From Raillietiella orientalis (lineage: Eukaryota), in assembly GCA_036172245.1 (NCBI GenBank), contig JAYWIR010000024.1, positions 62,001 through 126,000 on the forward strand: a stretch of DNA of 64,000 nucleotides. The letters are read 5' to 3'. The position numbers and the translations under genes were made by a program. Below, piece after piece: positions 26,901 through 40,499 of the stretch; within the stretch, counting starts at the first letter, position 1, and each line of letters starts with the position of its first letter. The notes under the pieces were generated by a model. It saw nothing but the letters and a program-made list of their open reading frames with translations. It made no database searches and had not been told where the DNA came from.

Positions 26901-29900
26901 CTCGAGGCTTTTTTGTAAGAGCAGCGTGTGAACTTTATTATAAAAAGGATTGAGATTTTTCATGTATCTCACCTGTGCCAGCGAAATCTGAACTTCAAAC
27001 CTTGCTCAAATGGCAGCAGGTTCTTAAACGCATGCATGAAACCTAGTGGGATGCAGCTCTTGCACCGTGAGGGAGGTGCTAATCCAAGAAATCCATCAAA
27101 TCCGTCATAAAGATCTCCAAAATGTTTACTCAGCTCCCTTCTCGCTAAGGTGAAGTTAGCCTCAAAATGGTGGTTCCCGAACTGGAAGGACACAACAAGT
27201 GCATTTCTCAACAGAAACGATCAGAATTTCTTTCTTCTTGTCCCCACGCGGAAGAGGTTCAGATCTCCAAAAAGACTTCCTCGAAACGAAACGCGCAGAC
27301 GCACACGGAATCGCACGGTTCAGTCGTGATTTTGTGAGACGGAAGCGGCGAGGTTCGGTCACTCTCAGGTGTCAAAGGCTCTCGGAGGTTTGCTTCGAAT
27401 CCCGAACTCCGAGAAGAGAGTTTCGACACCTCAGAGTCAGCAGGACAGCGAAAAACTCCATCGGAAAGCGAGAACTCGAAGCAGAAGCAATCAAACGGAC
27501 TCTTTCGTGGGCATGTCACCATCTCTATGAGGACGCACTTGCATCTCTTCCTGTCCCACAAGCTTCCCAGACAACACTGGAGCAGGTTTCTCCAGATTTA
27601 TCAACGTGAATGTACTTGAAGCCTCCTTGCTGTATCCATGAGTTTCACCTAGAAAGAAAGATCTAGCATTATTCCGATCCTCAGAATGGGACCGTGAGTA
27701 CCAGAAACAGGACCGTGAGTACTGACCGTGAGTTTGATCTTCAGATGGATCGTTATCATGAGTACCAACTACCATCAGAAAGGAACGCGCACTTGGTGCG
27801 AGGTGCACTTCCTGACGAAGGTTTCCCGAATACGCCTTCACGTAGTTGTTCCGCTACAAGAAGAGAAAAACTCAGCAGTGAATGTCCACAAATTCCACAC
27901 GCAGTCTTTGCAAACGTTCGCTTTTGGTCCTTCCGCACACATGCAAAAGCGTAAGGCATCGCGCAAGGCATGTCTCTCACGATAAACACACGATGAACTT
28001 TGACCTGTCGGAACAGTTCTCGAATAGGTCTTCCCTATTCTGAGATAATAGAATTCCGTATCGTCTCCAATTCTAACAAAACTGTCTCTACATCCCACCG
28101 TTAACGACGGCATTTTGATTATAGTAAAGCAATCTCCCCAGCTCCTAGTCGTTGTCGAAAAATTTGGTGACACCCTTCACTCTTTAAACTTTCTCAACGG
28201 AGTAGACGAACCACCATCGAAAAGCTGTGTGGTCGTCATCATCCTGTGCAATCACGAAATCCCGCAGATCAAACGAGGCATGAAAAGTGAACTCTGACCC
28301 TTCCCTGTGCTGATGTTAGAAAAGAAACATTCATTCAGAAACACTCATTCAGAAACATTCGGATGAAGACGAGAAGGAAAATGTACGTTTATTGATTTTT
28401 GATGTGAAAGGAGTGAGTTTCCAAAAATTCGGGAGACCGTTAGCCCCTCTATGTCTATAATAAAGCAAGCCGGACATTGGAATCCTGCAGTGCTCTGCTT
28501 GCATCTCCGAATGGAATTTGTCCACTATAAGGGCTCTCAACTTCAAAGCCTGCAAACAGCAAACTCTCAAGTCAGTAAGAAGGAAGACATTCGAGGTGAC
28601 GGTAGCCGCTCACTTCCATTCAGAGCAGCATCTTAGTGGGAGCGATTGGCAACTAAGAATGATGATGGCCTCAAGTCCGAGTGGGCTGAAGACGTTGGTT
28701 CCCTCAGAAACGGTTTCGAAGGAATTCAAAGCGATAAGCGCGCTGGCAGTCGTCCATAAAGAAGAAATGAAATCACAGGTTCTCATCGAACGGAAGAATT
28801 TTTGCAACTATTGAAAGTTGGAATCGAAGGATCCCTCAGTCATTTCAGAACGCCCAACGGGTGATTGAGTCGCTCGCGAGCTGTGTTTAGAAGCCTTGCA
28901 TTTTAGACAGTCATAGAAGAGGGAACGACGAATCCAAAACACATTCCGTTCAAACATTCCTTCATGAGAGCACAGCAACAAATGAGATGTAGGGTTTTAC
29001 CTAGAGGCTTCTCCGTGGAAACAGCCAGCCTGGACCAAGAGGAATCCCAGAAAATGGTTCATTTCCACTCCCTTGCTGCTTCCCTGACTCCTCCTGCAAA
29101 CGAAAACGGATGAGAAATGGAGGAAGCACTTGAAATGGTGCTTCGAACGGAAACGCTGCGCCAGCCACAGCGAGAAGTGGTGGGAAACGAAATTTCCAGG
29201 AATGCCGTTGCGACCATCAAAGGTTCGCTTCACGGATGAACTCGGTTCCTAAGAGAGCTCAAAGTCCGAGTTGCACTTCAAGTTGACCGGGAGAACGACA
29301 CCACTCCCGTTCCAGGAGGACCGGTTGAACTTTCGGGTGTTACAGGAATCGAGAAAAGGCCTCATGAAAGATGCTGTTCTTTGCTTCTCCCACGCGGTTG
29401 TTCCGGCTCAATAGGTGCCGTTCTTGGAGAATTTGCTGCGCTTCCTTTGAAAGTGATCGAACGTAACTTAACGTACGATGTTTTCTGCCAACGAGGCTGT
29501 CCGGCTGACTTCTCTGCTAATAAGAACAGAAGAGAAAATTTCGCCGACCAGCTGTCCCATAAGGAGCGCGAATGCGACCTTCAAGAGGGCCCGGCATTTT
29601 CCATCTGCTTTCTCGTGATGCTATGAGTTCGTTGAAGACACTGTGAATTCCTCAAGGATTCCTCGGTTTGCGAATCAGAAGTTTCCGAACGATTCCAAAT
29701 GGTTCGGTTTTTCCTGTGCAGTCGGATGAAGAGAGATCTGCTCTTGCCAAACAGGTTTTTTGGTCACAGGACGATGTTTCCAGATCGTTCCGAAAGGTGA
29801 AGCTTGCTGCAACCGTTTGCTCACCACCTTCCCCAGTGTTCCTGCAGTGTGCAAAAGAAGTGCAAGCTGCCTAAACACCACAGGTTTACTCCCCGGCAGA

Positions 29901-32900
29901 TGCAGCGTGCTTCCTGCACGACAGTTTCTTCTGCTTATATACCCCCAGCTTCAATTGAAACGCTTCTTGCAAAGCGCTCTTCATCTGTGGCTTCTTTCTG
30001 TTGCATGACCTCTTCTGGGCTCAGTTGCTATGACATGGAAATGCGGAAGGCTATGGAGAATGGAATTTTTTTCATTATAACTCGGAATCTTCTTGCGGCA
30101 GTCCTCGATGTAGTTTCATATCCATGAGAAGCTGCGACATCATCTTGAGCTCAGGTGGACTCATGGAAGGATCAGCGCCGTTGTCATTTTTTATTACCAA
30201 TTGCTCCCGGATTATTCCGTTCATCTTTCAGAGCAATCGATACGAAGACTTGCAGTCGTGCTGAGCTGCAGGGAGATCTCAAAGCACTGCATGTTCACCC
30301 CAACTGCTGTTTGCTAGAGCACATTTCCTTTCTTGTGACAGTCTTTAGTTTTAACGTCACTTGTTGAGAACCAAAGGAAGAAAGCCTGCATGAATATTTA
30401 CCTGATACGAATTCTTCAGCAGGGAGCTTGGTGTGGACAACTCTTCAAACCTCTCAGGCCGAGCGCGGATATGGATGTAGGGGGTCGCCGTGAGGAGGCA
30501 GTCCAGATATGAGCTTAAATCGAGGACGCCTATCGTTTTGTGTTTTCTCTGCAGGTGGCAATCCTGGTGAGAACTCATATCTGGGGTGCCACTTCTTCAG
30601 GTGCACGCAGCTCTCAAAGGTAGTTCCATATCGTGCTTCGATCATGTTTCGTTCAACTGTGCTCATTTTTCATCCAGATCACGTCGGGATGTCAAGCTGC
30701 ATTTTCTGGAAATCGAAGTTTCAACGGTGGATCTTTTCCTCCGCGAGAGACAAAAGCCCTCATCGAAGCATGTGCAGCGGTTATTTAGACCATGCGATGT
30801 CCTCATAATCCTATAAACTATGCAGTTTTATGGATGATGTTCAGGATGTAAACAGAAAGGCAACGAATTCGTGTCATCAGATTATTATCAACGAAAATGC
30901 AAATGATGGCTGCACGTGGACAATTTAAACTTTTCGATTAAGGATGCCTCATTGCATGTGCGGTTCTTCGTTTATCAAATTGAGTTGATGGAACCGTGTT
31001 TTTCAAGAGCTGCTATCGAATTAATGCTGAAATACGAGATGAGGGAGGAAACAGAGTCGTTGCAGCTTCACCTGTAGCTTGTGAATCTTGAACGAGGATC
31101 CATCCCTCGTGGAAGCACCTTTTCTCGTGGAGATCAGTCAAACCAATTGAATTCTTTCCGAGTCCAGTAAGCATGTCATCCGCGTCGGAGGCCGTGTGGT
31201 CACGGTCTCCGCACGTGGCACGACCAGGAGTCGCGGGTTCGAAACACCCCGATCTGAATCGACGCAGTGCGTCGTGGGTTCCGAGTTCCTCCCGCAAGAT
31301 GACGCTGGTTGGACTACGTTCAACCGGGTGCGGCACTGGTAGCGGTTGAAACCGGATGCCCCCGACGAGGGCCGGGACAAATAGGAGTCGACCTCCGGTC
31401 CTCCCAGGAATCACGGAGTGGGAGCTCCCATCTGGTTGTGAAGGAGCGGATCCCCCTTCCGGGTGGAACCCCTCCGCGTCGGACTGATGGAGTGAGTGTG
31501 TCGCCACCACCTCTCCAGAGAGCGAAGAAAAGCGAGCCGCTTCCTTCGGAGAAGCAGCGCCCTTCTGAATTTCCGAAGCGTCCCTTCGAGGTTCTCTTCA
31601 GAGGAGTAAACAGGAGCGAATCCCTTGCGGGAGATCCCTCCGGAGAAGAAACTCCAGGAGCGGATCCTTTCCCGGGTTTCCTTCAGAGAAGAAAAATGGA
31701 GCGGACCCCCCTGCTTTCCGGGAGTCCCTCCTGAAATAGTAAGGAAGGAGATTCCCTTTCGGTGATCCCTTCCCCAGGCGTGAGACAAAAGGAATCCGAG
31801 CCTTTCCTGGATTCATAGGGCGGACCCCTCCAGGGGTACCATCTATCTTGAAGAATCTTCTGGAGGTTGTTCTATTCTATGGCATTATGAATTCCTGGTT
31901 CGTTACCCTATAATTCTAATCATCTGCATGATTTTTTAAAACATTGGAAGGTGTCATTTCACGTGCTCCTGAGAATCCTTTGGATTTCTCGGTTCCCTCC
32001 TTGCGTATGGAGATGGCAATCTGCCTGGGTAAGTTTTCATTCGAGTGCAATATCTGATGCCGTTTGCTTCGCGGTAGTAGAGCTTGTTGTTCGGTCTTCT
32101 TCGTTCTGAGGAGTTGTACTGATGTCTCACGTCTTTTATATTCCTTTGAGTCATTCAAAAACTCTTTCACATCGGTGTGTATCTAAAAATACATGTGAAT
32201 TCGGCAATGGAATGTTGTAGATTTGGAGACCATTGTATTTTACGAGCTCAATGCAATGATCTTCCTTGCACGTTGCTGCTCACATCCTTCGCATGCTTCC
32301 CGGTATGAACTTCTTTCATATCAGCTACAGTTTTTGTTCGTGGTCGTCACGTCATGCAGGGTGTAGCGTCTTTAACGTGTTTCTTGCCCGGTCAGAAGTT
32401 TCCACACTATCAGAGTTTGTTTTGATGTGTTCTTGTTAACAGATATTCGAATTGACGTAATCTTTGTTTGAAAAGAAGCTTTGAACAGCACATGAGAGTC
32501 AAAGTGGATTTGGGGACGTCATCAGCTGTTCCATTCGTAATTACATTTACCCTCCATAAAAGAGCTGATTCTTATCAGGAATTTGCAATGGCATGCGCCT
32601 AGGAAGCAGCACCAATGGTGCTTCATACTGCATGTGATCTCTTGGAGACGAAGAAAAAATGGTATGCTACCACCAAAAGGCAGAGCTGCATTGTCCCATG
32701 GGAAGCCACATTCTACGTTCGAAATGAGTGGCATCCTTTTAGGGGGGAAGGATCACCCTGGGTGCTTCTCGTTGTGTAAATAGCTGCTGGTTTTTTTTTC
32801 GGACTGCAAACGTGCGAAAAGCATCAAATCGAACGATTGTGAAAACAGCAAGCAGCAGCCAAAGACGATTCGCTTCCCCACCGCGGACGGCATCTCCCGC

Positions 32901-34879
32901 TTCCGAGAGCAGCAGCGCATGTTGCTTGTGGGTTCCCTGCCACCCGTTGCTCACACAGTCCGGCTCCCCTTGCGTAGAGAACGTCCGCGCAGAGGTGGAA
33001 CTTGGGCGTGCCGCAGCTCCAGCAAAGCGGTGCAGTTGCAGCTGAAGAAGGATAGCACGAGAGTCTGACGTAGAACTGCGCGCTGCGGAAACAAGAGGGA
33101 GGCCTGCTGCTGAGTTCTCGGTTCTCCACGACGCTCGAAGCGATCGCCCTGCGGCGAAAGAGCGCAACGGTTCGTAACAGGAAACGCAGAGGGTGCGTTT
33201 CCCAGCTGACAGTGACAGCTGCCACCCGAGCAGCGGCAGCTTCGCGCTGGAGAATCCCCCGAAGGCACTGAGAAGAATGGTTCCCGGGGGAATGGAGTCA
33301 GGTTCGAATGTTCTTCCGGGCTCAGGGTAACTGGAAAAGTGGGGAAGGAAGCGGGCTCACTCGGGCACGGCGCATCCAAATTCATGCTCGTCCTCTTCCA
33401 AACTGATTCCTATTGGGCACGTGCTTCTCGGCAGCTCTCTTTGGCGTTTCCACAGACAGCACTCGGCGTCGCCATCAACGCGAACCGGTTGCCAAAGACC
33501 TGCATCTCGGGATGCTCGTGTCTGAGGGACGGTGTCATCAAAACGCGCTTTTTAGAGAGTGGACGGACTTTCCGGCAAGATGCGTGAGGTGTGAACATTC
33601 CCAATGATCCGTTTCCTCCTTCCCGTCTCCACCCCCAGTGGCTGGTCGTGAGCGTCGAGAACCGGAAAAGACCATAGCAGGAAAATGGTAGTGTAGAATT
33701 GCGCTTGGAATGCGAGGGAATAAGAGTGTGGAGACCGTTATTCTCGTTGCCCGTGTTTCAGATGGCTATTCCACTGAGGGCATCATCAGGAAACTGTCAC
33801 CACAAAGTGAAATTGCCAGCCGTGGTACGAGATGCTGTTTTTCACGAGAGCAGAATAATTAAGTCTTTGATGCATCTGCATCCCAGTTGCGTAGCGCTTT
33901 TCAGTTACCCCAACAGCTTCCACAAATGTACAGGGAAGCACCGAGTCGTCAAGAGAGACGGAAGCAAATCAGCGAACCGAGAGGGAAAAGAAAACGAAGC
34001 AGTCCGTGTTGGGCGTGAAAGCAACACGGTTGAGACATTTTCTTTGCCGAGAACGAGCATGATGCCATCCCAGAAAGGCAGTTTTTCCATCCTCATGATG
34101 AAGTTTGTGGATGCTGCAAGAATCACGAGAGCAGGATCAGGAAAGAGAACCACGATGCAAAAGGCTCTGCTCCAAGCAGAGACCAAGGAAGCGAACGCGG
34201 GCTTCCTTGGTCTCTGCTTTCACATTCTTGCTGATGTGGTGTCCATTCAGTAACCTCACCCTGTTGCATGGTATTTTCCCTTGTCTTCTCGAATGCAGAT
34301 GTATGGCGGCCCCCCCCCCCCACACACACACACACATACAATGGACATTCCGGTTTGAACACAGTAGCACTGTTTGGATGCAGCTGATTTCCCATCTTCC
34401 AAGATGAGACTACACGGATTCTCTCACCTCCAGCTACTCCAAGAAAAACATTTCGAACTTATCTTTTGTTCTTGAATGCGAATACCTCTGTAGAAGATCA
34501 CTCATGACGTCTCCGATTTCTGATCCAACTATATCCGAGTCTTCCACATTTGAGTAGGATAAGACATTTTGATAATCGAGATGAGAAAGTCAGGAAATCG
34601 TTCCGTGTCAAAAATTGTTCCGTGTCAGGGAGAAGCTGAAGAGCTCAAGCGTGCCACTTCGATGTGCGGAACTGAATCTTCTTCCGCATCCGATCGGTTT
34701 GGAGATGAACCGCAGATATGCTCATGGTTTCAAACACTACAAACGGGAACTTCATCACGAAGAGCTCCTAGTTGCCAACTCGAGACACCGTCTCATCTGC
34801 ATCTCCTTCAAAGTCTCCTCCATTTGCAAAATTAAGGTACATATTCCAGTAAAGAAGAGTGTTCCGAATTCACGCAGTG
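20999..34879 (-). repeat. Right arm of the large inverted duplication
   Basis: Starts at cacgctcgcttgaaaccgccg, the reverse complement of 13861-13881. Only a few substitutions and homopolymer-length differences versus the left arm were seen. Confidence 0.98.
31180..31840 (+). mobile_element. tRNA-headed SINE-like repeat (mirror of 3040-3700)
   Basis: Reverse complement copy in the right arm. Confidence 0.8.
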
Positions 34880-36171
34880 CCTCCTTTTTCTAAGAATTTC
34901 TGCTTGTAGCACGCCGACCAGTTTGCAATGCAACGTTTCACAATGGTGTTGACTGCTGCGTTCCTCGGTTGGCGGTTATGATGGTCCCCGCACTCACATT
35001 TTTAAAATGAAACATTCAAAAACTACTCGATGATCATGATTTCCAAAACTTTGATTTTTTACTGTACAAGTTTTATCCTCTAGTGGGAAAAAACGAGGGT
35101 GGACTTTGAATTTCTATGGTTACAGCTGCATGAAGCTTTCGCAAATTCGCACGGATCGTCGTGATGACAGCTGCATAACATCGGATATCGCGTTCTCTTG
35201 AATTTCGAAAGGTCCAGGCAGAAGGAATGATCTGCTTCGTTTCCAGCAGCACCACATCCCATTTGCGATTTCTCAGAATAGCAATTCAAGCTGCACACGG
35301 TTTACTCCTGCAGCCATTGCATCGTCACAGTTTGCAGTAACCATTTCTCGAAGCAAGGCTTGCTTTCCAAGAAAAAGAGAGGAGAACTCCTATAATTCTT
35401 ATAATGTTGAGAAAACTGCCATTTACTAATGAAGACAACAGAAAGATGAAGACAAGTGAGCATTTCTCTATTCATGATGAGTAAATTCTCCTCACAGCAC
35501 TCTTCATTATATGCAGTTCTTTGGGAACGTACTCAATGATTCCAATTGCAGTTCTTGTTCATTTACGGACACTGGCTGCATCTGTATCAACGTATAGCTT
35601 CTTCAAGAGTGAGTGTTCGGTCGACACAGAACTCTAGTAGTGGCTATCAGAGCAACAGCAGAGTCTTCTCTAGCCTCCAGGTCCAACAAGTGCAACTCTA
35701 AAATACAACGCAGATGCAAATCTCGGGAAATCTGTTTAAAAAGGATGCAGGCACACAGAAGGAATGCACAAAAATGCTGAAGAAGGGTTATGTCACAAGC
35801 GATCCGGTGGAACCGAAATCCGTTGCTGTGCATCCTCGTTTCTTGCTGCTATGAGTCAAAGTATTTTCATGTTGCTACCGATTAGATGGAAGCATCGAGT
35901 TCTTTTTGAGCTAAGACTTTTGGGTTATCTCGGAACTTTAGATGACATGGCTACCAAGATTGGAAGCAGAGGTGCTGGAGTTTCTCTTTAGGGAACAATG
36001 TGAGCTAAACTGAACTCATGTTTATTTCTTGCAGCAAAAAATGCCAGTGGTTGCATTAGCTTTTTTTAAAATTGAGCAAAGGCAGACAGCAGCAAACAGC
36101 AAAGTTATCATTCTTGTATGCTACTCCGTTGCTACTACATGAGGAACACAATCGACTTCCCCTTTGGCCTT

Positions 36172-36660
36172 CTACCTCTCCAGACGCGCTTGCCCTGGAT
36201 GGCGGCTAGCTCTTTGGTCGTCCTTGGGGAATTCGGGAGGAAGGACACGGCGGAGAGAAACTTCGGCGCCATCACCACGTTCCAGATGTTGGCCTTGTTC
36301 CTTCTGCGAGAAGAAGTCTTCGAAGTACTGGCTGATTTCTTCTCTTAGCTTGGCCAGGATGCTGCTCTCTTGCTGCTTCTCTAGGACTGGCGTTTCGTCG
36401 CCCCTCAGTACTGCCAGATACTTCACTTGGTCCGCGATCTGGAACCCGTGGGAGTGGAAGACGGAGACGTCCGATATTCCCACGGCGGGCAGATAGGACT
36501 TGCTGGGATTCACCTTGAGTCCAAGACTGCACTTCATGGTTCTCACGATGTCCAAGAACGCCTCCCGATCCCTCTCATCCGACATGGCGAAGAGCAGGTC
36601 GTCAGTGTACCCCCGGTGCGTGATGGTCTCCTCTTTCAGGCTCAAGGGTGACGTCCTTGA
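36172..36660 (-). mobile_element. Non-LTR reverse transcriptase fragment
   Basis: GYTDDLLF...LGLKVNPSKS...QVKYLAV corresponds to the C-terminal RT subdomains (YxDD, GL.VN..KS, KYLG). Confidence 0.8.
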
Positions 36661-39600
36661 GGCGGCTCTCTTTATTGACGAAGGCGCTCACTACCTCCAT
36701 GTACAGTACAAAGAACTATGAAGGACTCGCGGACGCCGACCCTGTCCATCTCTCGCGTTGCATCTCTGTGGCGAAGAGACTTCCCTGATAACAGACTATG
36801 GGTTTGTAGTCCTGGTCCAAGTATGACCTGCGTTTCCACGCTTCCCGGTGGTTCCTCGCTGGTCACTGCTGCCGCAGCGGCATTTTTTGTGGAGGAGGAG
36901 ACTTCCCTGTGCTTGCCGTTTGAGCTTTCCAGCTTTTCTTCATGAGAACTCGACTCGAGAACTGCAATAGCTTAAGATCAGAAAGCAGGGGATTGAAGGA
37001 CTTTCGTTCCCCACTGGAAGTAAACATCGAACTCATCTGCAAAGATTCAGGTCCCGATCAATACCTGTTGCAGGCAACCATGGTAACCGAAGACTTAGAC
37101 TGCCGTCTTCGGCACGGTACAAGCTCTGTAGGGGAAGCGGTCCGTTGCCTGGAGTCGAGGTGATGTTCACAGGGCTAGCAGACTCGCACATCACCGGGCG
37201 CGGGATGGAGGGCTGCTGCAATGCTGCAAGCCGGTGACGAAAACACCGTGATCTTTGGAACGTGAGGAAGCCGCGCATCTGTTGCGCACTGCGTCGGAAT
37301 GCGCCATCTGTAAAGACGACGCCCCCTGCTATCGTGGGCTGGCTCTGGTCTTTTAAAGGGGGAAGCAAATGGACGTGTTGCAGTACAAGCTATCCGTCCT
37401 CCTGGTGGCCGCTATGAAGAAGGCAGAGGATAAGAGGCGCAAAAACAGAATAAAAAGAACATAAGAAAGTCATGTGAAATGAGTAAAAGAAATACCATGG
37501 AGGACATTGGGTGCTACTCGACGGGGTGTTCACTCCTGTCGACCCACTTGACGCCGGAACGTCGGGCAACCATCCTGGGCATCCCTGTGGAAGCATCGTG
37601 AAACAGTGCCCATTTTCCTGCAACTTCAAAAATTCTCCTCCGCAAAGTAGCGCCCCATCCTACGTTGGCTGCCTTATCCTGGGAAATCCGCAGTGAAACT
37701 CACAAAGGGTTTGCAAATTCCCAGCATGGCGCGCCTGGGCGCATGTTCGTGCTGAGAAGAGCTGCCACGGGCTGCATGTGATCGTCTCTGCTGACTGTTA
37801 TCGTACCCATGCAACATAAAGAAAGAAAGAATAATGAGAACTTCTTGTGCTTTCCTAACGAGCAGACTGTCTGCCGAAAATTTCGTTTCCCATCTCAAGC
37901 GTTTTTTCCGACAAGTGGTCCAACGGAAGTAATCAGTAACAATCGAGCATTCATACTTTTATTTAGAAATGTCGCACATCTAAACTTTAGATGGCTACCA
38001 AGGATGAGGACACGATAATGCCCTTTCGACATGGAACCATCGTGAGTGAAAGGACTTCGCAGCAACAGGGTGTCGGGTGCCGCGGTGCCAAAACTCCAAC
38101 GGTTCCACTGCGAAGTCCACGTCCCGATAATGCGTCTACAACCGCGTGGAAATCACGCGAATTTCTTGTCTTGGGTGAAGTCCAGATCGATCAGCAAGAT
38201 CATATGTGCATGCATATCGGAGATTCTATGGCCGTCCAATTGCTCGCAAGCGCTTATAAAAGAAGCTTCGATTTTTCCCAAAAGTATAGTCAGTACTCGC
38301 GTGTGATGCTTTCGAACGACCAGTCAATCACCAGAGGCAAAGAAAAGTCCATCAGACAGATACTGCTCAGCGACAGCAGTTTGTGGCCGCCCCGAAGATG
38401 TCAAGTTTCTGCGAGTTTGAGGGTGGCAAGTTTTTGGGAATGAAAGAGAGAAATCGGTAGAAGCGGCAAGCTGGCTTGCATGAGCGGTTCGAAATCGGGA
38501 AAAATTGTTTGTCATGGAGATGGGGGGTCTGAAATGAGCTCCTCATGTCTTCCATCAGTTTGTCTCATTTTTGAAACTAGAAGAAAAGGCAAATACAAAA
38601 CAACATCAAAATTCAGCTCGTTCTGCTCTTCGTTGCAGCAAACTATGTTGGATATCCTCAGACCCGATGTCCTCCACGTCCAGCTCATGCTCAGCAAGAC
38701 TCAATTAGCAGCAGAGAGGTTGTAGGAACACTGGTTCCATCGCGCACGCCCAATGCACCAAGAGGTATGAAGCTCAGGAAAATTTGATGACATTGCAGCT
38801 GCATCTGGCCGCTCCAGAAGGAATTCGATTACCTTTAGAAGGGACATCTGGTGTACTCAGCAAACATGAAGAGCTCAGTAGTCGGCTGGCCGAACATCGC
38901 TCCTGGAAGGCGTCATCAGTGATGGTCTGGAGACAAATGGTCAGTGAAGACGCACGATGCACATGACGTCAAGGAAAGACAAGGTGATGAGTAGAAGCTT
39001 TGCACTTCTTCGGCGCATGCTTCACGTGCTAACTTTGCTAACTCACGCCATCCTGTTCCTCCAATAGCACTTGAAAATCGTAAAAGTACACAGCCGTCCG
39101 GAGTGAGAAAAAGTGTTTTGCGTGGTGTCACCGAGTGTTTTCCTTTCCTCGACTCGGCGAATGACAACTTTTTGTAAAAGTTTGTTCCTGACAAAAGTTT
39201 GCACAGCTGACTTTGCACCGACATACGAGGTGCATTTCAAAAGTAAGGGCCGATCGGATATGAGGGAAGAACAAATAAGAGTAACAAAAATGTATTAGTG
39301 GTGCTAAACACAGACATCCCTGTCATTTTTCTACGCATTCGTTATTTTCCCCAAACACTTTTGATACCGTGGAACAAGCGTTTCGAAACCCTCTGCACGA
39401 AATTCCTCTATCTGGGAGTTCAGCCAGTTCAGCGGCAGCATTGCAGTTTTCAGCCCCTGATACTCCCAGACGGAAGAATTTTATGCAGAAGGTCTAAAAG
39501 TGCTTGTGTCATAATATCAAAAGTGTTTGGAAAAAATAGTGATTATGTAGAAAATGATATGGGGATGTTTATGTTTAGAACCATACATTTTTGAACCTAA

Positions 39601-40499
39601 TACATCTTTGTTACTCTTATTTGTTCTTTCTTTATATCCGATCGACCCTTACGTTTGAAATACGCCTCCTATTTCACTCTGCTTATGTTCTTTTGTTACT
39701 GGCAAGGAAACACATAAATGATGCTTGGAGACCACCGACTGGAAGCCTGACGGGTTCTGGAATCCTGACAAGGAAGGTATCACCAGTCCTCGACCAGATC
39801 AGCATATAATTAAGGCACGTCCGAAATACTCGGCTCATGTGGAAAGTTCAGAACGGACCAGCACCAACTGAATACGATGAAGAGACTTCTCCACTGATGA
39901 GAATGTTCTCATCATCAGATACTCAGCAGCCAGAAACATCCCGTACCCGTCACCGAGCTGTAGGTGGTTCTCCACCACGTGGGAACTTGGGCGCATGCTC
40001 GATGCTCCGCCCGCCACATCCAAATAGTGCATTGGATGTGACGGTTGGGAAGTCACCTGTACCGACGGCACGACGAAGTGACGGGGGGCGCAGCTGCGGG
40101 GCATTGAAGTCTTCCATTCCGCACAGGTCCACAAGCCCTTCCGCATCTTCATTTGCAAGCAGAGGTCACCCGATGCGAAATCCCTAAAAGAGCACACACG
40201 ATGGTATGAGAGCCGCTTAAGACAAGACGACTGCCATACACGGTTTCTCCTCACAATGGCTCTCGGGCCGTAGCGGTTGCACGCTTCAGCTGGCGTCACT
40301 CAATGAACAAATGATTTTTTTTTTTTAGTATCCAACACATGTTTGCCGTGCCGTTGCGGCACAGAACACTGCAGAGATATACTGAGTCTCCTGTTCTTCG
40401 GTACCAGCTTGTACGTTTATTTGAAAATAGATAAACGTACAAGTCACTGGGAATTGAGTTCCCATGAAATAAGAGTAGTAACAACAACAAAAAAAAAAA

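Noticed and set aside
35603..35833. THAP-like GFRFHRI peptide
   Set aside because: The other conserved C/H/W residues are not convincingly placed.
37033..37368. RNase H domain suggested by VFTDGAF
   Set aside because: No further catalytic motifs are visible; more likely a decayed retroelement 3' region.
39850..40200. AP-endonuclease remnant (EDFNA, compare GDFN)
   Set aside because: Single degenerate motif; too weak to call.
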